Assembly: GCA_951406725.2 (NCBI GenBank)
Contig: OX597831.1
Span: 28,086,001-28,150,000 of the forward strand
Length of the DNA stretch: 64,000 nucleotides
Source of the DNA: Octopus vulgaris
Lineage: Eukaryota
Reading direction: 5' to 3'
Made by a program: the position numbers and the translations under genes. How positions within the stretch are numbered: the stretch's first letter is position 1; every line of letters starts with the position of its first letter. Shown here in pieces: positions 40,310-52,399 of the stretch. The notes below the pieces were generated by a model, which ran no database searches, was not told where the DNA came from, and saw nothing but the letters and a program-made list of their open reading frames with translations.

Positions 40310-40790
40310 TCTTCTAAGGTAGTTGCTTCGTTAATTGTTCCATAATTTTCGTACATCACTATAGTTACGAACACAATTTGATAATACGACTTTGGGGTTA
40401 CTGTTTACAAGTACACCGACACGAAAAAGCGACCCTTTTTAAAAAAAAAAAAATTTTTTTTTCCAGTGGATTCCTGTTTTCAATGACGGAGATTCCGAAT
40501 ATGCAATAAACAATTTTTTCAAAATTTTTAATTCCTCCTCCCCACCCTAAATTTTTTAATTTTAACTTTTCTCGAATTTTTTTTTTTTTTCAATCGATGC
40601 TAGAAATAACAGCCAAATCATACAAAACTGCGATAACATAATGAAAGAAAAATATGTAATCAATCTACTCACCTTTCTGGAAAAGTTTCTTTCAGAATAA
40701 TTTCCCGTGAGTAATATAACAAAGTGAAATGAAAGTGTTAATTTTTTTTTTTTTTACAACTGAACCTTCTGCCATGCACGCCGTTGGAAT

Positions 40791-41005
40791 TTAGCCTGGA
40801 TAAACTTCGGCACTGTGTTTGAGAAATGTGTAGAAATTCTGGAAATTTTTCTTCGCCTTAAATCCATACAATTGTCGATATATAGATTCGTCGACGCGAG
40901 ATCATTTCATATCGCCTGATGATCCAGTGATATACATCAACCGTCTTGTTTGATTCGGGACCAATAGGCCTCAATGTAGTTTGTGCAAGTGCCGGTTTGT
41001 GCAAG
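40791..41005 (-). pseudogene. Merlin transposase C-terminal remnant
   Basis: Minus-strand TGTCTNYIEAYWSRIK and FYTFLKHSAEVYPG* match the (H)TNxIExxW motif and C-terminus of Merlin/IS1016 transposases. Confidence 0.75.
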
Positions 41006-41302
41006 GAAAGGGGGTTGGGGTATTTTTTTTTAAATGGAAAATTGAAAACAATTTTTTTTTTCAGAATCGGAATCTCCATAGCCGAAAACGTGGGATTCCG
41101 TAAAAAAAAAAAAAAAATTCTAAAGGGGTAGAGGGGTCCGTTTACGTTTCCGACATGGTTCAGTGAATTTACGGAATTTACCGAATGCCGTCGCCTTCAA
41201 GGAGAAAACGAAAGATTGCCCTACCACACTACGAACGAAATAATCACACTAATATTTTCACATTTAATTTACACCTTCAAATTTGAAGACTTCATACAAC
41301 AG

Positions 41303-41972
41303 CATGGCTCTTTGTAACTCTTGCAACGTCACTCTATATGAAATCATATCCCGTTTCTGCGGCAAGGATGATGCCTCTATTGAATTTTTAGCCGAACACG
41401 GCCTCCTGCCACATACACGAGATTGTCTAAACTGCAATGCCCCGTGCATTTTGTGTCAAGGGACAAACATATGGCGCTGCCGTAAGGTGATGCGATGACG
41501 TGGACGGTCGAGAAGGGGATGTGGATATTCCATATCTATATTTAAGGGCACCTTTCTGGAAGGCGTCCATCTTCCACCTTCGAAAGTTTTTCTTTTTATC
41601 AACCATTTCCCCAATACATCTTAGTCGCACAAATTAATAGAGGAAAACCTCGGATTCTGCCGTAAAACCTCCGTAGATTGGAGGTCTTTCTGTTCGGAGT
41701 TCTGCCAGTTTTGTGCAGAAAACCACCAAACTGTTATCGGAGGACCGGGGGTTGAAGTAGAAGTTGATGAGACGGTTTTGGTCCGTCGAAAATACCAATG
41801 CGGCAGGATTGTGAAAACGGGTTGGCTTTCTGGCGGACTTGAACCCGTAAGTAAGAAGGCATTCATGGTTCCACTGCTAAACGAATCTGGTGAGGCTGAT
41901 AGACGAGATGTTGGGACTCTTACTCCACTTATTACGGTTAATATAAAGATCTTCAGCCGGGAACAAAAATAA
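41303..41972 (+). pseudogene. Merlin (IS1016/IS1595-like DDE) transposase, N-terminal two-thirds
   Basis: One frame with two stops: IEFLAEHGLL, CxxC/WRC zinc ribbon, SIFKGTFLE, VDWRSFCSE, IGGPGVEVEVDET, RRKYQCGR, KAFMVP. Confidence 0.9.
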
Positions 41973-42276
41973 AAAGCATAAACCGTATTTTTCTACGTAT
42001 TTCGCAAAAAAAAAAAAATAATAATAATAATCCGGAAAAAGTGAAAAATGAAGGGGTTGTATGGGGTAATTGAAATTTTGAAAATGCGATTATTCAAAAT
42101 TTTTTTTTTTCAGAATCGGATCCTCCATAACCAAAAACGTGGGATTCCGTAAAAAATCAATATATATCCATTTTACCGGAAGTCATGACGGAAAAATCGG
42201 ATCTTGTGAATTTTCCGAAAGTCCCCTCCCCACACACCCAGGGTCGTCAGCGCGCATTTTTTTATATTCGTTTTTT

Positions 42277-42753
42277 GGCGATGTTTCGCTTGTCGTAGCC
42301 CACGTTTCCGTCGATTTCCTCCGTCGATTTCCGTAAAAAATGTAAACACTGAATCGGCCATACATACATACATACATACATACATACATACATACATACA
42401 TACATACATACATACATACATACATACATACACACATACATACACACACACATACATACACACACACACACACATACATAGATACATACTTCCTCCGTCG
42501 ATTTCCGTAAAAAACTTTTATTTTTTTACATAAGTAATGAGAGCGAAAGAGACTAAGAGGAAGCGATTTTATGACGAGGGAATTTCTTTTTGAAGTCCCC
42601 GTGTGTGTGTTTGATGGGGTGTGGGAGACAGACAGTATGTTGTGTAAGTGAAGTGCTTCTGTTAGTGTGTGTGAAGAGACAGAGTAATGTGTGAAAGAGA
42701 GAGATAACTGAATTTTTTTACTCGGTGTATGTGTATATGTATGTATGCATGTA

Positions 42754-42784
<31 letters not shown>

Positions 42785-42803
42785 GTGTGTGTGTGTGTAA
42801 GTA

Positions 42804-42834
<31 letters not shown>

Positions 42835-42942
42835 ATGTATGTATGTATGTATGTATGTATGTATGTATGTATGGCCGATTCAGTGTTTACATTTTTTACA
42901 GAAATCGACGGAAACATGTGCTACGACAACCGAAACATCGCC
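42277..42942. mobile_element. MITE with GG-starting TIRs extended by inverted (ATAC)n tracts
   Basis: ggcgatgtttcg...cactgaatcggcc(atac)n versus (gtat)nggccgattcagtg...cgaaacatcgcc. Confidence 0.75.
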
Positions 42943-43191
42943 ATCCCCGCTAAATTCCAACGGCGCACATGGCGGAGGTTTCAGTTGTAAAAAAAAAAAG
43001 TAACTTTCATTTCACTTTATCACATTACTACAGGAAATTATTCTGAAAGAAACCTTTGCAGAAAGATGAATAGTTTGATAACATATTTCTTTAATTATAT
43101 TATCGCAGTTTTGTGACATTTGGCTGTTATTTCTAGCATATTTTCTCACAGTCATCTTCACCTTGTTTTTGGTGTTTGTGGGGATATTTTG

Positions 43192-43603
43192 AGCAGACCC
43201 TCACAAGTGTGCCCTCCACACAATTATTTGCTCATAATTTTCGGAAAAATATTTATACCTTTTACGGAAATATTCTACAAATACCTCTCACATAGCGTAC
43301 ATTACGACCATATCGGAATTTAATGTGAAAAAATAGAGGTCGCGCACACATATATATTGACACACATCACAATTTATATTCAAAAATTCAAGTTTCATTT
43401 TGTGGGTATATATATATGTTATGTGTGTCGGTATATATGTGTACACGTCCGCGAATTTTTTTGCATTTTAAAACTTTAAATTCCGTTATAATCGTAATGT
43501 ACACCATCTGAAAGGTATTTGTAGAAAATTTCATTAAAAATACACCCATCTTCCTGGAAATTATCAGGAAACAAAGTCGGGGACACAATTGTGTGGGTCT
43601 ACC
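43192..43603. mobile_element. MITE with (G/A)GCAGACCC.CACAA.TGTG termini
   Basis: agcagaccctcacaagtgtg at left and cacaattgtgtgggtctacc at right. Confidence 0.55.
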
Positions 43604-43817
43604 GTTTTATGCACCTTTGAGTTCTTAAACATCCTCTGTAACATGCTGATTGGTACCATAACATAGTTACAAGGTGTCCGGTATTGTTCCTCCAACCGTA
43701 TGAACTCTTAGCCGGGCAATTTCAGGACAGGAAACCTGGAGGTTCCAACCAGAAACGATACTTCACACGATATATTCACACAAAATATTTATTTACCGTT
43801 ACTTTATTATGTCATAC

Positions 43818-44050
43818 CTATTTCTTTATTACCCACAAGGGGTTAAACATAGAGGGGACAAACAAGGACAGACATAGGTATTAAGTCGATTACATCGACC
43901 CAGTGCGTAACTGGTACTTAATTTATTGACTCCGAAAAGATGAAAGGCAAAGTTGACCTCGGCGGAATTTGAACTCACAACGTAACGGCAGACGAAATAC
44001 CGCTAGACATTTCGCCCGGCGTTCTGGCGTTTCTGCCAACTCGCCGCCTT
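43818..44050 (-). mobile_element. SINE family C
   Basis: Closely similar to 25633-25866. Confidence 0.85.
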
Positions 44051-44210
44051 ATTACTGTAATATGTTATACCACGACTGGTAGGTTAGTGTAATAGTATAA
44101 CACAGTTGTTAAAGCATGCAAGGTAAAGAAAGTTAATTTCGGCCTACATATCTTGTAGTAGTATATATAGAGAGATATAATGTAACAGAGAAAGGGAAGT
44201 GAGTCAGTGA

Positions 44211-44538
44211 GAGTGGTGGGACGAAACAACTGCATCGTTGGTGAGTTACAATAGTTGTCTCTTTGTAACTTTTCTTTCAGAGACAGCCTTTTCTTCAGCC
44301 AGACTTTGGCTTAAGGAGTTCTTGTTTTTATAACTATCCAAAACCAGCTAGACATATTGTTGAGAACAATAGATTTCGTTGGCGCTCTGTTATCGCTATT
44401 CTAGCTTTTGGTGGCCTAGAAGAGGTTAGAAGGGTCAAGACATTATACTGCTTAGCGAAGGCATCTGGCAAATGTAACTGCTGTCACTCACAGAAAAACT
44501 ATTGTTTTACCGCGAGAAAAGTGCTGTTGAACTGTTAA
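44211..44538 (+). pseudogene. Possible divergent Bcl-2-family fragment (BH3-BH1-like)
   Basis: EWWDETTASL, then a 40-nt GTGAGT...TTTCAG intron (44241-44280), then RQPFLQPDFGLRSSCFYNYPKPARHIVENNRFRWRSVIAILAFGG; similarity judged by eye only. Confidence 0.35.
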
Positions 44539-45148
44539 GTGAAATTTGGCGATCAAGGATTGAATCCACGCTATGCCTGCTTGAAGCCACTACAGTTTCT
44601 TCATTAATTGTTCAATAATTTTCATATAATCACTATACTTACAAACACAATATAACAATACGACTTTGGTTATAAGTGTACAATGTGTTTGGGATCTAAA
44701 ATGTTGTTTCTGTGCAACATTTCTCTCTTTCTTTCTCCGTTTCTCTCTCTCCCACACGCAAACTTGTGATCTTCAAGTTACTTTCGTTCATAAACTTCTT
44801 CTTCCTTTCCTTCTTTTTCTTTAACACTTCCTTCAGATACAAAAACACACACAGATACACACACACACATGCTCTCTCTCACTTTCTCCCCATTCCTCAC
44901 CCTCATGTACTATCTTATAGCTCTCCCCACCCCTACACACTCAATAATACTATAAAAAAGAGTCAAAATTCCTGCAAAAGTTAGTTCAATTTAAAAACTC
45001 CACTAGAGTGGATGAAAGCGCTAATATATGGTATATGATTTATAAAAACACATAACATACTAATAAATATCTGTAAATATAAAACCATCCAGATTTCTGA
45101 GTACCTCATTTCTTCTAATATATAATACCTGTACATCATCTCCAAACC

Positions 45149-45214
<66 letters not shown>

Positions 45215-45227
45215 TTATATACACACA

Positions 45228-45277
<50 letters not shown>

Positions 45278-46179
45278 TATTTATAAAATATAAACTCTCT
45301 CACACACACACACATGAGAGAGAAAGAGAAAAGATATGAAGTAGCAAGATATGAAGAAAGTGAGAGAAAAGGGGTGGGTTTGTCTAATGAAATTTATAAG
45401 GAGTAGAGTGGTGAAGGGAAAGCAAGTGAGAAGAAAGAGATAGATAGATAGATAATTAGATAGACAGACAGAGAGGGAGAGAGAGAGAGAGACAGATAGA
45501 CAGACAGATGAGAGATAAGGGGTGTAAAGTAGGCCATTGGCCACACTGACTCATACTGACACAGAGGGGCTTCCCCCCTATTTTGGGATATGTTAGGAGT
45601 CAGTGTACTAAACAAGGTAGGTAGGGCTCCTTTTATACATTCCAGTAATGGGAAAGGGGACACTCTGTCAACAATCCTACATTTTACTCACCTTACAGAC
45701 ACCCCCTAATCTCCAGGATCTGTCTATCTACACAGATATGTGTATATGTATGTATGTATGTATGTGTGAATATATATTATGTATGTATACACACACACAC
45801 ATATATATATATGCATATATATCATGGAGAAGATAAGTAAAATACAGGCCATCACTTTAGCAACACCCCATGCAGGAAATAAGTTAGCTAAATGTTCAAA
45901 TAACAGTATGAAGGTGTGTGTGTGTATGAATTACTTTACAGTTCCTGGGTGCCAAATCCACTCACAAGGCTATGGTTGGTCCAGGGATATTGTAGAATTC
46001 ACTTGCCCAAGGTGCCACACAGTGGGACTGAACCTGGAACCATGCAATAAGGAAGCAAGCATCTTACCACACAGCTATGTATGCACCTACACACACACAC
46101 ACACACACACACACATAGGAAGTAATGTTTACTGCCACTTCAACATGGCTGTTCCATAGAAACTACCATTTTAACCCCA

Positions 46180-46369
46180 GGAGGATGCCTCCTCCAGCTG
46201 GTTATTCAATGCAATCTGCACGTAATATATATTTCAAGTAAGGGAGTGAACCCCTACCATGTTCTGCTTGGAATATAAATCAGGTGCAGATTGCATCACA
46301 TAACCAACTGGAGGAGGCGTCCTCCACAGGAGGATGCTTCCTCCAGTTGGTTATGTGATGCAATCTGCA
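46180..46369. repeat. Three ~42-bp copies in +/-/+ orientation
   Basis: 46180-46221, 46284-46325 (inverted) and 46329-46369. Confidence 0.85.
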
Positions 46370-46544
46370 AATAAGTAACAAGGACGTCAAGGTATTAATG
46401 CATTACAGCTGTTTCAGGTGACTCCATTTAATCGAACAATGCAAACATTACATCAATTTGAAATATGGTACCTGAGCATAGCTGCAGTCAAATGACTGAA
46501 ACTAATAAAAGGGACAAAACATATATATATTTATATATATATAA

Positions 46545-46942
46545 CTAGCAGTATCGCCCGGCGTTGCTCGGGTTTGTAAGGGAAATAACTATATAAGCAT
46601 TTTTAGAGAGTTATAGCCAAAAAATAGCAAAAAAATGCATTAAAAATGGAAAAAAAATTATGGTAAATTTTTTTTAAAATCGTTGACTCATCGTAGACAT
46701 TTTTAGAGAGTTACTTCCCTTATATAATAGCGAAAAAATGCATTAAAATGGAAAAAAATGATGGTAAATTATTTTTAAAATTGTAGACTCATCGTAGATG
46801 CGCGCTAATACCCAGAAGGGCTCGATATGAATCACGACTATAAGATACCCGGTTTTGGTTAAACTGCACTGCAAAATGTGGGAGTAGTTAGGAATCTAAA
46901 TCGTAGGAGACAGACACACAACTTCACTTTTATATATAAAGA
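46545..46942 (-). mobile_element. Non-autonomous Helitron
   Basis: Same termini as 2696-3079; 46780-46910 is the reverse complement of 8185-8320. Confidence 0.8.
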
Positions 46943-47819
46943 TTATACAGCATGGTTTAAATTGAACTTGCTTTATTTCTTTCTAGCCTTTCCTGAAGAC
47001 CTGTGTGGGCTAGAAAAAAAAAATAAAGCAATGTTTGTGGTAGTGGTGATGGTGACAGCAATAATGATGACTTTGGAATAATACAGCACTACCATGCAGT
47101 CTTCAATGTTATCTACAAAAAATAAAAATAAAAATATAACAGTTCTAAAAGAAAATCCATTTCAATTAACCGAAAGAGGAATTGTATTTCCAAACACATA
47201 CATTTTAAGATTTTCTACTTCTTCAAGAAGACCTACTTCTTTTTCTTCATTTTGTTTCCCTGATATTATCTTCTTTTCACCAATCTACTAAAGTTATCTC
47301 TAAGAGAAATTATATTCTTAAGATATTCCTGAATAACAAGGCAATATATCTCGGGTTTTACTTGGGTTTTATCCCTCACAATTCTCTGAAATATTATAAA
47401 CATGACAAGCATAAAACACTTTCTGAATCTTTTATAGCAATCAGAAATAAAAATTAGATTAAATTTTCTTTTACTTAAATCTTGATGTATTTTGATGTAA
47501 CTACCTTCTGTGAAGATCAGATAATTTCAGTAAAGAACTAAGAGACATGATAAAGGATGGCATAAAACATGTTTTTTTAACATCAACAGCTGTGAGTTTT
47601 ATGAATGAATACTTAGATTTGTTTTTATTTATTTATTTATTTTATGTTATTTTATATGTACATATGTTTGCCACCAAAATAGTAAAAATGGTAATGAAAA
47701 TATGATGACTAAATATAGAGTAACAAATTACATGAAAATTTGTGTCTAAGATAGCGTGTTTAGTGTTGTCGTTTGTAACATTCATATGTCTCTATCTGAT
47801 TCTTGATACTCAACATACA

Positions 47820-48145
47820 GGAGCACTCCATCGGTTACAACGACGAGTGTCCCAACTGATACAATCAATGGAACAGCTTGCTTGTGAAATTAACGTGCAA
47901 GTGGCTGAGCACTCCACACGCATGTCTACCCTTAATGTAGTCCTCGAGGAGATTCAGCGTGACACAGAGTGTGACAAGACAGGCCCTTTGAAATACAAGT
48001 ACTTCTCATTTTTGCCAGCTGAGTGGACTGGAGCAACGTGAAATAAAGTGTCTTGCTCAAGGACACAATGCACTGCCGGGAATTGAACTCACAACCTTAC
48101 GATCATGAGCTGAATGCCCCTAACCACTAAGTCATGTGCCTTCAC
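47820..48145 (-). mobile_element. SINE family A
   Basis: Homologous to 11659-11980. Confidence 0.85.
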
Positions 48146-48491
48146 TCAACATATACAACAACAACAATAATAATAATCCTTTCTGCTATAGGTACAAAGT
48201 CTGAAATTTGAGGAGAGGGGTCTAGTAGTTTACATCTTCCCCAGTTTTCAACTGGTACTTATTTTATTGACTCTGAATGAGATGAAAAACAAAGTTGACC
48301 TTGGCGGTATTTGAACTCAGAACATAAAGATGCATGAAATGCCACTAAGCATTTTGCCTGGTGAGCTTAACAATTCTGCCAGCTCACAGCCTTAATAATT
48401 AATGATAACAATAATCCTTTCTTCTAAAGACACAAGGCCTGAAATTGTGTGGGAGGAGACTAGTTGATTACATCGACCCCAGTGTTTCAGT

Positions 48492-48988
48492 GGTAGAATA
48501 TTTTGGCTGGATCTGGCTGGTTTGAACATACAACTGGTAGAATATTTCAGCTGGATCTAGCTGGTTGAGCATACAACTGGTAGAATATTTTGGCTGGATC
48601 TGGCCAGTTTGAACATACAACTGGCAGAATATTTTGGCTGGATCTAGCCGGCTTGAACATACAACTGGTAGAATATTTTGGCTGGATCTGGCCAGTTTGA
48701 ACATACAACTGGCAGAATATTTTGGCTAGATCTAGCCGGCTTGAACATACAACTGGTAGAATATTTTGGCTGGATCTCGCCAGTTTGAACATACAACTGG
48801 TAGAATATTTTGGCTGGATCTGGCCAGTTTGAACATACAACTGGTAGAATATTTTGGCTGGATCTGGCCAGTTTGAACATACAACTGGTAGAATATTTTG
48901 GCTGGATCTGGCCAGTTTGAACATACAACTGGTAGAATATTTTGGCTGGATCTCGCCAGTTTGAACATACAGCTGGAAGAATATTTGG
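48492..48988. repeat. 44-bp minisatellite, ~11 units (GGTAGAATATTTTGGCTGGATCTGGCCAGTTTGAACATACAACT)
   Basis: 44-bp period; followed by gctaaaggg|ttaa MITE end at ~49003-49015. Confidence 0.95.
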
Positions 48989-49560
48989 GCCCTAGTTTAA
49001 ATGCTAAAGGGTTAATCATAGATATTGCATGCCCAATAGTACAACTATTGACCCCACTTTTTTTAAAACACTTATTTACTGTTCCCTTCCTGTGCATTAT
49101 TCTCTGTACTGTTCATGCAGTTTTGACTGCTTTTTCTGTTGAGTCGTGCACCTGAGCACTGTATACCGTTAGTTCATTATTATTATTAAAAAAAGGCTAA
49201 GGTTGGTGTTGGAAGGATGTGGGATTCTGCCAAGATAGTTGCTAATGTGTTAATGCCCTGTGAAGCAAGATGTTCAAGATATGATAAGTATCTGAAATAG
49301 GGGTATTTATCTGATTAGAAGTCCATGGGATCAATATGTTGGACATGATGAGAGTTTCAGATAATTAGAGATGCAAATTGTGTGGCCATATCATTTGCCA
49401 TATATAGCTTTAAATAGCTGGTGAGTGGCTGACAAAGGTCTCACTGAAAGATGCTAAGAATATATATGTGTATACACACACACACACACACATTACAAAT
49501 GTGTATGTATTTGTGTGTGTGTGTGTGAGTGAGAGATGTGTATATGCATGCGCTTGTGTT

Positions 49561-49596
<36 letters not shown>

Positions 49597-50692
49597 TATG
49601 TGTTAAGTTCTTCAAAGAGAATGCCTGTAGAAATGCTGTGAGTTCTGTATGAAAGGAAGAAAGGACGGAAGAATTTCTCTATTGATTGATCACAAGATGA
49701 AGGAAGGAAGGAAAGAATGTGTAGACATATTGCATCATCATTGCTATGGTAACAACAATGGGCAGTCATCACTGACCACATATGTATATATATACTATAT
49801 ACTATTACATATATGTGTGTATTCACACACAGACACATATATACACATATACACATATGTGTGTGTATATGTGTGTTTTGTTAGATGGTTAACTTAGCTT
49901 TTAATAATAGCTGTGAATTAATCCATCTTTTGTCATTGCTGCATCGACAACAGGAAGTTGGATGATGTTTGCATGGATTGGAGATTGGATGGTCAGGGAA
50001 TGATGGAAGGGTCATCTGTTGGCGTTGATAATATTGGAACAGTTATTTGTGTGGACAACAGTTGTGCAAATATATTGATTGTTTTTATTTAGATCCTGGT
50101 CAACTGCAATTCAATGAATGAAAGACATCCTGTCTTTTGTGTGTGTCCAGGATTACATTGACCACTGTGTGTCCTTCCATTTCTAAAGGCAATATGGTAT
50201 GATATGAGGTAAATCAGTATCTATTTCTAGCAGGTTGGCTAAATGTATAAAGGTTTGTGGTAGCAGTAGAAATTAAAGGGCTCAGTGTATCTGGGACTTT
50301 TGGCAGTGAGTGCGGGGATAGGTCAGTGTAGTGGTGAGGACAACAGATGACCATGTATTGGTATGGATAAGAGATGTCCAGGCATGGCTGGGTGGTTAAG
50401 AAGTTTGCTTCTCAATCTCATAGTTCTGAGTTCAGTCCAACTGCTTGGTACCTTGGTCAAGTAAAAGTTTTTTACCATAGTCTTCGGCTGACCAAAGCTT
50501 AGTGGGTGGATTTGTGAATTCAGTAGACAGATAAGAAAATGAGTCCATCGTATACATACATATGTACATACATACATATATACATACATACATACATTTA
50601 TACATACATACATAGTATAAGGTAGGAAATATGGGTGAATATAGAAAGCTTACCAAGGATTAACTATTTAAATGAAAGCTAAATATATATAT

Positions 50693-51147
50693 ATAATTTA
50701 CAATATAAGGGCAAAAGAAAAATTCTAATGCCAAATATGCCGAAAAAAAGACAGAAATTGTCAATTAACCATTATAATTTATGTGTCTCAAAACAAACCG
50801 ATAGAAATTTCTAAAAAATTTGTTATTAACGTATTGGACCAATTTTGGAAGATTTTCTATTTTGGATATATTTGGGGTACTTAGGTCTGGTCAGGACTTG
50901 GTGTTTGCTTTTTCTGTGGGTATGAGTAAGTATTTCACTTATATCTCGTATATTTGCCTCTGAAGAGAAGAAAATTCTTATGAATTAACTCCGAAATTGG
51001 TCCAATAAGGTAATAACAAATTTTTTAGAAATTTCTATCGGTTTTTTTTCGAGACGCATAAATTATAATGGTTAATTGACAATTTCTGTCTTTTTTTCGG
51101 CATATTTGGCATTAGAATTTTTCTTTTGCCCTTATATTGTAAATTAT
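50693..51147. mobile_element. Fold-back Penelope-like remnant with ~157-bp arms
   Basis: 50693-50849 is the reverse complement of 50990-51147; hammerhead overlaps the right arm. Confidence 0.7.
50954..51013 (+). ncRNA. Type I hammerhead ribozyme
   Basis: uugccu-CUGAAGA-gaag...cucc-GAAA-uugg.u.ccaa-UA-agguaa: complete core, stems I-III, AUA triplet (predicted cut after 51007). Confidence 0.7.
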
Positions 51148-51507
51148 CTATAAATTTAACCTTTAAAGGTATTTTTTGATATGCTGGCCATTGATGAAAT
51201 TTTTTTCTCGAAAAAAATTTTATCCTTCATTAATTATATATATATGTATATACACACACACACACACACACACATACACATCATAATCATCATCATCATC
51301 ATCAGCACCATCATCATCACCATCATCATCATTGCTTAACATCTGCCTTCCATGTTGGCATGGGTTGGATAGTTTGACAGGAGTTGGCATGGCAGGAAAC
51401 TGCACCAGATTTGTGTTTGTTTTGGCACAGTTGTTATCAGCTGGTTGCCCTTCCTAACACCATCTACCCAGCAGAGTGGACATATATATATATATATATA
51501 TAATAAG

Positions 51508-51912
51508 TGTAGGAGTGGCTGTGTGGTAAGTAGCTTGCTTAACAACCACATGGTTCCAGGTTCAGTTCCTCTGTGTGGCACCTTGGGCAAGTGTCTTCTA
51601 CTATAGCCTTGGGCCGACCAAAGCCTTGTGAGTGGATTTGGTAGACGAAAACTGAAAGAAGCCCATCGTATGTATATATATATATAAAATAATGTATGCA
51701 TGTATATGTTTCTGTGTCTGTGCTTGTTCCCTCCCAACAAAGCTTGACAACAGATGCTGGTGTCTTTACATCCCCGTAACTTAGTGGTTCGGCAAAAGAA
51801 ACTGATAGAGTAAGTACCAGGTGTACAAAGAATAAGTCCTGGGGTTGATTTGCTCGACTAAAGGTGGTGCTCCAGCATGGCTACAGTCAAATGACTGAAA
51901 CAAATAAAAGAA
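51508..51912 (+). mobile_element. SINE family B
   Basis: Full-length match to 58988-59400. Confidence 0.85.
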
Positions 51913-52014
51913 TATATATAAGTGAATAGCGAAAAAGTACAAATGTTACTTATATTTTATTCACCTATCCTGAACTCTATGCTTCGTAAATATTATAGAC
52001 AGTATTTTTAATAT

Positions 52015-52399
52015 GATGGAAGCACTCCGTCGGTTACGACGACGAGGGTTCCGGTTGATCCGAATCAATGGAACAGCCTGCTCGTGAAATTAACGTGTAA
52101 GTGGCTGAGCACTCCACAGACACGTATACCCTTAACGTAGTTCTTGGGGATATTCAGCGTGACACAGAGAGTGACAAGGCCGGCCCTTTGAAATACAGGT
52201 ACAACAGAAACAGGAAGTAAGAGTGAGAGAAAGTTGTGGTGAAAGAGTACAGCAGGGATCAACACCATCCCCTGCCGGAGCCTCGTGGAGCTTTAGGTGT
52301 TTTCACTCAATAAACACTCACAACGCCTGGTCTGAGAATCGAAACCGCGATCCTATGACCGCGAGTCTGCTGCCCTAACCACTGGGCCATTGCACCTCC
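52015..52399 (-). mobile_element. SINE family A variant with 11-bp TSD
   Basis: atttttaatat at 52004-52014 and 52400-52410. Confidence 0.88.

Noticed and set aside
37636-43790. LTR retrotransposon bounded by the 315-bp repeats
   Set aside because: No TG...CA ends, PBS/PPT or gag-pol; the repeat contains a MITE terminus
48492-48988. CRISPR array or repeat-protein gene
   Set aside because: No spacers; the 44-bp unit is not a multiple of 3 and derives from a MITE
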